A DNA stretch of 64,000 nt from an uncultured Gammaproteobacteria bacterium (GTDB lineage: Bacteria > Patescibacteriota > Microgenomatia > Woykebacterales > RBG-16-39-9b), in NCBI GenBank assembly GCA_964360785.1, contig CAYHXX010000002.1:28107-92106 (forward strand), given 5' to 3'. Position 1 is the stretch's first letter. Each line of letters starts with the position of its first letter. Below are positions 59,746 to 64,000 of this stretch, one piece after another. The notes below the pieces were generated by a model. That model saw only the letters and a list, made by a program, of their open reading frames with translations. It ran no database searches and was not told the origin of the DNA. Both the position numbers and the translations under genes were made by a program.

Positions 59746-60069
59746 TTGGAAATAAAAACGCGGTCAGTGGAAAGCTCATCCGGTACAGCCGATACACAGC
59801 CCGAGCCGGATAATTCTGTTGCCATCCACTAACCGCGGCCGACACTATTCGACTGATTGCTGGTCGCAGGAGCACCTACTGGTATGCAGGTGTGTCGGCT
59901 CTGCCCTCGACCTAAACGTTCGTGTAGCTGTTACGGCTACAGGCGGTGCCCATTTGCCGTACCCTCCTTAGACATGCGCCCTTCTTCCAAACTTAGGTGG
60001 AAGCACCTAGTCGCAGATATCTAGCTTCGCCTCTGTATCTCCCATACGAGCGCTTGCCTACCTGCCACA
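59746..60069 (-). ncRNA. candidate structured RNA (about 320 nt) with RNase P RNA-like motifs (possible reduced rnpB)
   Basis: Minus-strand promoter TTGAAG(60100-60105)-17-TATAAT(60077-60082). RNA contains AAGGAGGGUACGGCAAAUGGGCACCGC...GUAACAG and ACAGAAUUAUCCGGCUCGGGCU, resembling RNase P CR-II/III and CR-V. CR-I was not found. Confidence 0.35.
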
Positions 60070-60141
60070 ATTTCTAATTATATTCCTTTGTCAAGTCTTC
60101 TTCAAACCTAACTGTGTCCAAAATATGCTAAGATATCTGGG

Positions 60142-61125
60142 ATGAAAATTCTTGGTATTGAAACTTCTTGCGATGAAACCGCCGCGGCAATAGTCGAAGA
60201 TGGTACAAAAATTCTATCCAACACCGTCTCCTCTTCTCTACCCTACCACGCCGAAACTGGCGGAATAATTCCGGAAAAAGCCGCGCGCGAACAACTTAAA
60301 GCTATGGTTCCAGTACTGGAAAAAACTTTTAAAGCCGCTTCTCTCTCCCCTGCCTCTATCGATGCAATTGCTGTTACTAGCGGCCCTGGACTATTTGGTT
60401 CTCTTATTTTGGGGGTTGAGTCGGCTAAATCTCTCGCCTTTGCATTGGATAAACCAATTGTTCCAATCAATCATTTAGTCGGACATATCTATGCAAATTG
60501 GCTTGAAAATCCTGACCCACCGACTTTCCCAAATCTTACTTTGATTGTTTCTGGCGGACATTCGGAGCTAGTTTTGATGAGCGATCACGGAAATTTTGAA
60601 TGGCTCGGCGGGACTCGTGACGACGCTGCTGGAGAGGCTTTTGACAAAACGGCCCGCGTTCTGGGACTTACTTATCCTGGCGGCCCGGCAATACAGAAAG
60701 CAGCTGGGAGAGTAAAAAAACTAGACAACTTTCTTCCCCGTCCACTTTCAACCAGTTCTGATTTTGATTTTTCTTTTTCTGGGCTTAAAACTGCGGTAGT
60801 AAACCTAGTTGGCGAGAAGAAGTTAACAGATGATGAGATTTCCCAATACGCGGCTGAGATTCAGGAAGCAATTGTTGATTCTTTATTGATCAAAACTATA
60901 AAAGCAGCTGAGAAATATCAGGTTAAAGAGTTGCTGCTAGCAGGCGGGGTTGCAGCCAACACTCGTCTGGTTGAAAAAACAAAAGAAAAATTCAAAGGTG
61001 TTGTCCACTCTCCCTCTCCCAAGCTTTGCATTGATAATGGAGCAATGATCGCCGCCGCGGCTTTCTTTAACTACAAACCAATTCCATGGCAAGAAATCCT
61101 CGCCGACTCCGGTCTTTTCTTTTAA
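60142..61125 (+). CDS. tsaD: tRNA N6-adenosine threonylcarbamoyltransferase TsaD
   Basis: MKILGIETSCDETAAAIV, Kae1/YgjD family. Confidence 0.9.
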   Translation: MKILGIETSCDETAAAIVEDGTKILSNTVSSSLPYHAETGGIIPEKAAREQLKAMVPVLEKTFKAASLSPASIDAIAVTSGPGLFGSLILGVESAKSLAFALDKPIVPINHLVGHIYANWLENPDPPTFPNLTLIVSGGHSELVLMSDHGNFEWLGGTRDDAAGEAFDKTARVLGLTYPGGPAIQKAAGRVKKLDNFLPRPLSTSSDFDFSFSGLKTAVVNLVGEKKLTDDEISQYAAEIQEAIVDSLLIKTIKAAEKYQVKELLLAGGVAANTRLVEKTKEKFKGVVHSPSPKLCIDNGAMIAAAAFFNYKPIPWQEILADSGLFF

Positions 61126-61142
61126 CTTCTCACCACCGTTGC

Positions 61143-61250
61143 GAGCACGCGTTCCCTTTACCCAGCTTTGTAACCGGAGCGCTGGAAATCCTTTTAGCGA
61201 CCTACGAGCATGCGTTCGCAGTTTCCAGCTTTGTAACCGAAGCGTTAAGA
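61143..61250. repeat. tandem imperfect repeat of about 61 nt (2 copies) in the tsaD-valS intergenic region
   Basis: CGAGCACGCGTTCCCTTTACCCAGCTTTGTAACCGGAGCG and CGAGCATGCGTTCGCAGTTTCCAGCTTTGTAACCGAAGCG. Confidence 0.5.
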
Positions 61251-61457
61251 AAATTTCCTGTAGATTTTCGTTGTGAAACAAAATTTCAAATGTTTGACGA
61301 AAAATTGAGGAGTTTTTGAAATTTAGAAAATCGAAAGAAAATTTTTAGCCAGAGGTTACCCGCTGGCCGCTTTGGCGTCACCCTTTCGGCAAAAGGTGAC
61401 TTAAGCTAACAAAATCTCTGTTTACGAAGCCCAACTTCTTCGATATAATCCTCCCCA

Positions 61458-63596
61458 ATGGATAAAGTTTACAACCACAAAGAAATCGAAGACAAATGGT
61501 ACTCGTTTTGGGAAGAAAAAGGCTATTTTCAGCCTAATAATTCCGAAAAATCTTTTTCGATCATCCTTCCCCCACCCAATGCCCACGGTCGTTTGCACAT
61601 TGGTCACGCTATGTATGTGATTGAGGATATTATGATCCGTTACCACCGGATGCTGGGTGAATCCACCCTTTGGCTACCGGGAGCCGATCACGCTGGGATT
61701 CTCACTCAAGTAGTTTACGAACGAGAACTCGAAAAAGAAGGTAAAACCCGTCACGACCTCGGCCGGGAAGAGTTTTATAAACAAACCTATGATTTTACTC
61801 AAAAGAACAAAAAAGAAATGTACGACCAGCTTCGCGCCATGGGTTTCTCTTTGGATTGGTCTCGTGAGAAATTTACTTTGGACTCAGAAATTTCAAAGAT
61901 AGTCTACTCGACTTTCAAAAAACTCTATGACGATGGTTTGATTTATCGCGGTACTCGCATGATCAATTGGTGCCCCCGCTGCGCTACTGTTCTTTCTGAT
62001 TTGGAAGTCGTGCACAAAGAAAAGGAAGGCAATCTTTGGTTTATCAAATACCCGATCAAGTCAGATAACAGAGATCAGAAATCAGATATCAGTCAGGAAA
62101 CCTTTATTACTGTGGCGACAACTCGTCCGGAAACTATGCTGGGAGATACCGCAGTAGCAGTTAATCCCGAAGATACCCGCTATAAAGATTTTGTTGGAAA
62201 AACAGTAATACTACCGCTGATGAACCGGGAGATTCCAATTTTGGCCGATTCGTACGTTGATCCGAAGTTTGGAACCGGTGCAGTCAAAATTACCCCGGCG
62301 CATGATCCGAATGATTATGAAGTTGGTTTGAAACACAAACTTGAGCAAATCCAAGTCATTGGCCAAGACGACAAAATGACATCAAAAGCTGTTGGGTACT
62401 CTGGTTTGGACAAATACGCTGCTCGAAAGCAAGTTGTAGCTGACCTTGAAAAACTTGGACTGGTGGAAAAGACGGAACGTTATGTTAACAATATTGGTGT
62501 TTGTGAACGTTGCGCTACCGTAATCGAACCACTAGTGTCCAAGCAATGGTTTATTGCAGTTAACAAAACGGGAAAATCTGGCAAAAACCTAGCTAAAGAC
62601 GCCCTAACCGCGGTCAAATCCGGCAAGATCAAGGTAATTCCCTCTCGTTTTGAGAAAATTTACTACAACTGGATGGAAAATCTACACGATTGGTGTATTT
62701 CCCGCCAGCTTTGGTGGGGCCACCAAATTCCGGTTTGGTACCGTGGAGAGGAAACTTATGTTGGGGTTGAAGCACCGGCTGGTGAAGGCTGGGTTCAGGA
62801 TCCGGATACGCTCGATACCTGGTTCTCGTCGGGACAGTGGCCGTTTACGACTTTAGGCTACGGCCAAAAGGATGATTTTGATTTCAAAAAATTCTATCCT
62901 ACCTCAGTCATGGAGACTGGCTACGATATTCTCTTTTTCTGGGTCGCCCGCATGATCATGCTTGGTCTGTATGTAACTGATGCTGTTCCATTTGAGACTG
63001 TTTACCTTCATGGTCTGGTTCGGGACGAGAAGGGACAAAAAATGAGTAAAAGCAAAGGCAACGCTATTGACCCGTTAATTGCCGCTGATCAGTACGGTGC
63101 TGATGCCGTCCGTATGGCCCTGGTTTTCGGTACTGGAGCTGGAAACGATGCCAACATTGGTGAAAGTAAGATCAAAGGTATGCGTAATTTTACCAATAAA
63201 CTCTGGAATATTGGCCGTTACGTGATCGATATGAAGCCCGCCTCGCCGGCAGGCAGGCCTGAGTATATAAACTATGAGGCAAAGCCAAATGAGACTGACA
63301 AACTAATCTTAGCTGAGCTTGAGTCAGTCAAGGCTAGTGTCAATAAAGCTTTTACTGACTATAGGTTTTCTCAAGCCGCTGAGGAGCTCTACGACTTCGT
63401 TTGGCACAAATTCGCAGATAGATACATTGAGGAATCAAAAAACCGTAGAAATGAGGCTCAGAGTGTCCTGGAGCAGGTTTTGGAAGAGTCCCTCCGCCTA
63501 CTTCATCCTTTCATGCCTTTAATCACCGAAGAGATCTGGCAAAAGCTCCCTCGCAAGAAGGGCGCTTCGATCATGGTCTCCCCTTGGCCAAAGTAA
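61458..63596 (+). CDS. valS: valyl-tRNA synthetase (short form, 712 aa, lacking C-terminal coiled coil)
   Basis: PPPNAHGRLHIGHAM (HIGH), KMSKSKGN, typical ValS N-terminus. Confidence 0.85.
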   Translation: MDKVYNHKEIEDKWYSFWEEKGYFQPNNSEKSFSIILPPPNAHGRLHIGHAMYVIEDIMIRYHRMLGESTLWLPGADHAGILTQVVYERELEKEGKTRHDLGREEFYKQTYDFTQKNKKEMYDQLRAMGFSLDWSREKFTLDSEISKIVYSTFKKLYDDGLIYRGTRMINWCPRCATVLSDLEVVHKEKEGNLWFIKYPIKSDNRDQKSDISQETFITVATTRPETMLGDTAVAVNPEDTRYKDFVGKTVILPLMNREIPILADSYVDPKFGTGAVKITPAHDPNDYEVGLKHKLEQIQVIGQDDKMTSKAVGYSGLDKYAARKQVVADLEKLGLVEKTERYVNNIGVCERCATVIEPLVSKQWFIAVNKTGKSGKNLAKDALTAVKSGKIKVIPSRFEKIYYNWMENLHDWCISRQLWWGHQIPVWYRGEETYVGVEAPAGEGWVQDPDTLDTWFSSGQWPFTTLGYGQKDDFDFKKFYPTSVMETGYDILFFWVARMIMLGLYVTDAVPFETVYLHGLVRDEKGQKMSKSKGNAIDPLIAADQYGADAVRMALVFGTGAGNDANIGESKIKGMRNFTNKLWNIGRYVIDMKPASPAGRPEYINYEAKPNETDKLILAELESVKASVNKAFTDYRFSQAAEELYDFVWHKFADRYIEESKNRRNEAQSVLEQVLEESLRLLHPFMPLITEEIWQKLPRKKGASIMVSPWPK

Positions 63597-63625
63597 CCTT
63601 CGTTCGAAAATAACCCCCTGAAAAC

Positions 63626-63680
63626 GCAAAAAGGACAGATTCACAGCTTGTTTCGCATAGAAACAAACCGGAACCTGTCC
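63626..63680 (-). terminator. hairpin (GGACAG...CTGTCC) with a minus-strand T-run downstream of the GC-rich gene; convergent with the valS 3' end
   Basis: Stem at 63631-63680, + strand A-run at 63626-63630. Confidence 0.35.
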
Positions 63681-63700
63681 CCTTGCACACTGTTGATCCT

Positions 63701-64000
63701 CTAGCGCAGCGGCGAAATGCCGTACTGGCCGAGGAACTCGTTCGCCACGACGACGGGCAGAGACCTATTGACCACTGCCTCCAACGCAAGTCTCGTCACT
63801 GTGGCCTCGAACTCCGCGCGGGCCTCGAACTCCTTGCGGAAGAACCGTCGGAGGTACCGCTTCCACCATGCCGGTACCTGAACGACGCCGACATACTCGA
63901 TGTACCTTTGTAGGCGGTCGTAAACCTGCTGGTAGCGGGTCAGCAAGACCCACTTCCAACCCTCGACCTCCCAGTCGATGTCGGCGCTTGGGTGGCGTGG
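63701..64000 (-). CDS. G+C-rich hypothetical protein, 3' part; the gene may start beyond the window end
   Basis: Minus-strand ORF ending at 63701 (…EFLGQYGISPLR) with GC-rich third positions. Reading frame open to 64000. Confidence 0.4.
   Translation of the reverse strand, partial: PRHPSADIDWEVEGWKWVLLTRYQQVYDRLQRYIEYVGVVQVPAWWKRYLRRFFRKEFEARAEFEATVTRLALEAVVNRSLPVVVANEFLGQYGISPLR

Noticed and set aside
60937-61319. ORFs 60937..61281 (-) and 61086..61319 (+) spanning the tsaD end and the tandem repeat
   Set aside because: They overlap the tsaD 3' end and the repeat-containing leader. No SD. Low-complexity translation.
61126-61457. T-box riboswitch upstream of valS
   Set aside because: The T-box consensus and a specifier-loop/antiterminator arrangement were not found by eye. 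Kept only as an unassigned structured leader.

Overview
This window is a compact, low-GC (about 40% by eye), gene-dense bacterial segment with mostly short intergenic spacers. It encodes reduced-length housekeeping proteins (IF-2 of 491 aa, ValS of 712 aa, PGK of 334 aa), which suggests a reduced-genome bacterium such as a Patescibacteria/CPR-like organism. That lineage assignment is inference only. The syntenic core includes ftsK(partial)-rnj-udg-pnp-rpsO-infB-nusA, a Trp/Pro/Ala tRNA cluster, hrcA-grpE-dnaK with dnaJ displaced 4.3 kb away, lepA, murJ, rpsT, tpiA-pgk, trx, two UvrD-family helicases, rmuC, metG, tatD, a GT2/MraY-WecA/UbiA envelope cluster, groES-groEL, galU, tsaD and valS. The main anomaly is a roughly 3.5 kb G+C-rich island at about 36.4-39.9 kb, inserted between a FemAB-like gene and an AddA-like helicase-nuclease gene. 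The island carries three minus-strand genes: a roughly 778-aa protein with an N-terminal PD-(D/E)xK nuclease-like motif and three C-terminal zinc ribbons, a roughly 133-aa zinc-ribbon basic protein, and a roughly 50-aa peptide ORF. Each has a canonical AT-rich sigma70-like promoter, SD site and intrinsic terminator. A second GC-rich single-gene cassette (membrane protein) sits at 14.23-14.70 kb, and a third GC-rich gene runs off the window end. Other findings: a PIN/RHH toxin-antitoxin cassette inserted at the dnaK 3' end and flanked by a 28-bp direct duplication of the dnaK tail; a 113-nt tRNA-like gene with an insertion of about 37-40 nt between its D arm and T arm; and three likely structured ncRNA loci (10.30-10.56 kb plus strand; two minus-strand RNAs at 59.43-60.07 kb with near-consensus promoters, one with RNase P-like motifs). 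CIRCE-like operators lie upstream of hrcA and groES. All calls are based on reading the sequence and ORF translations, with no database searches run.
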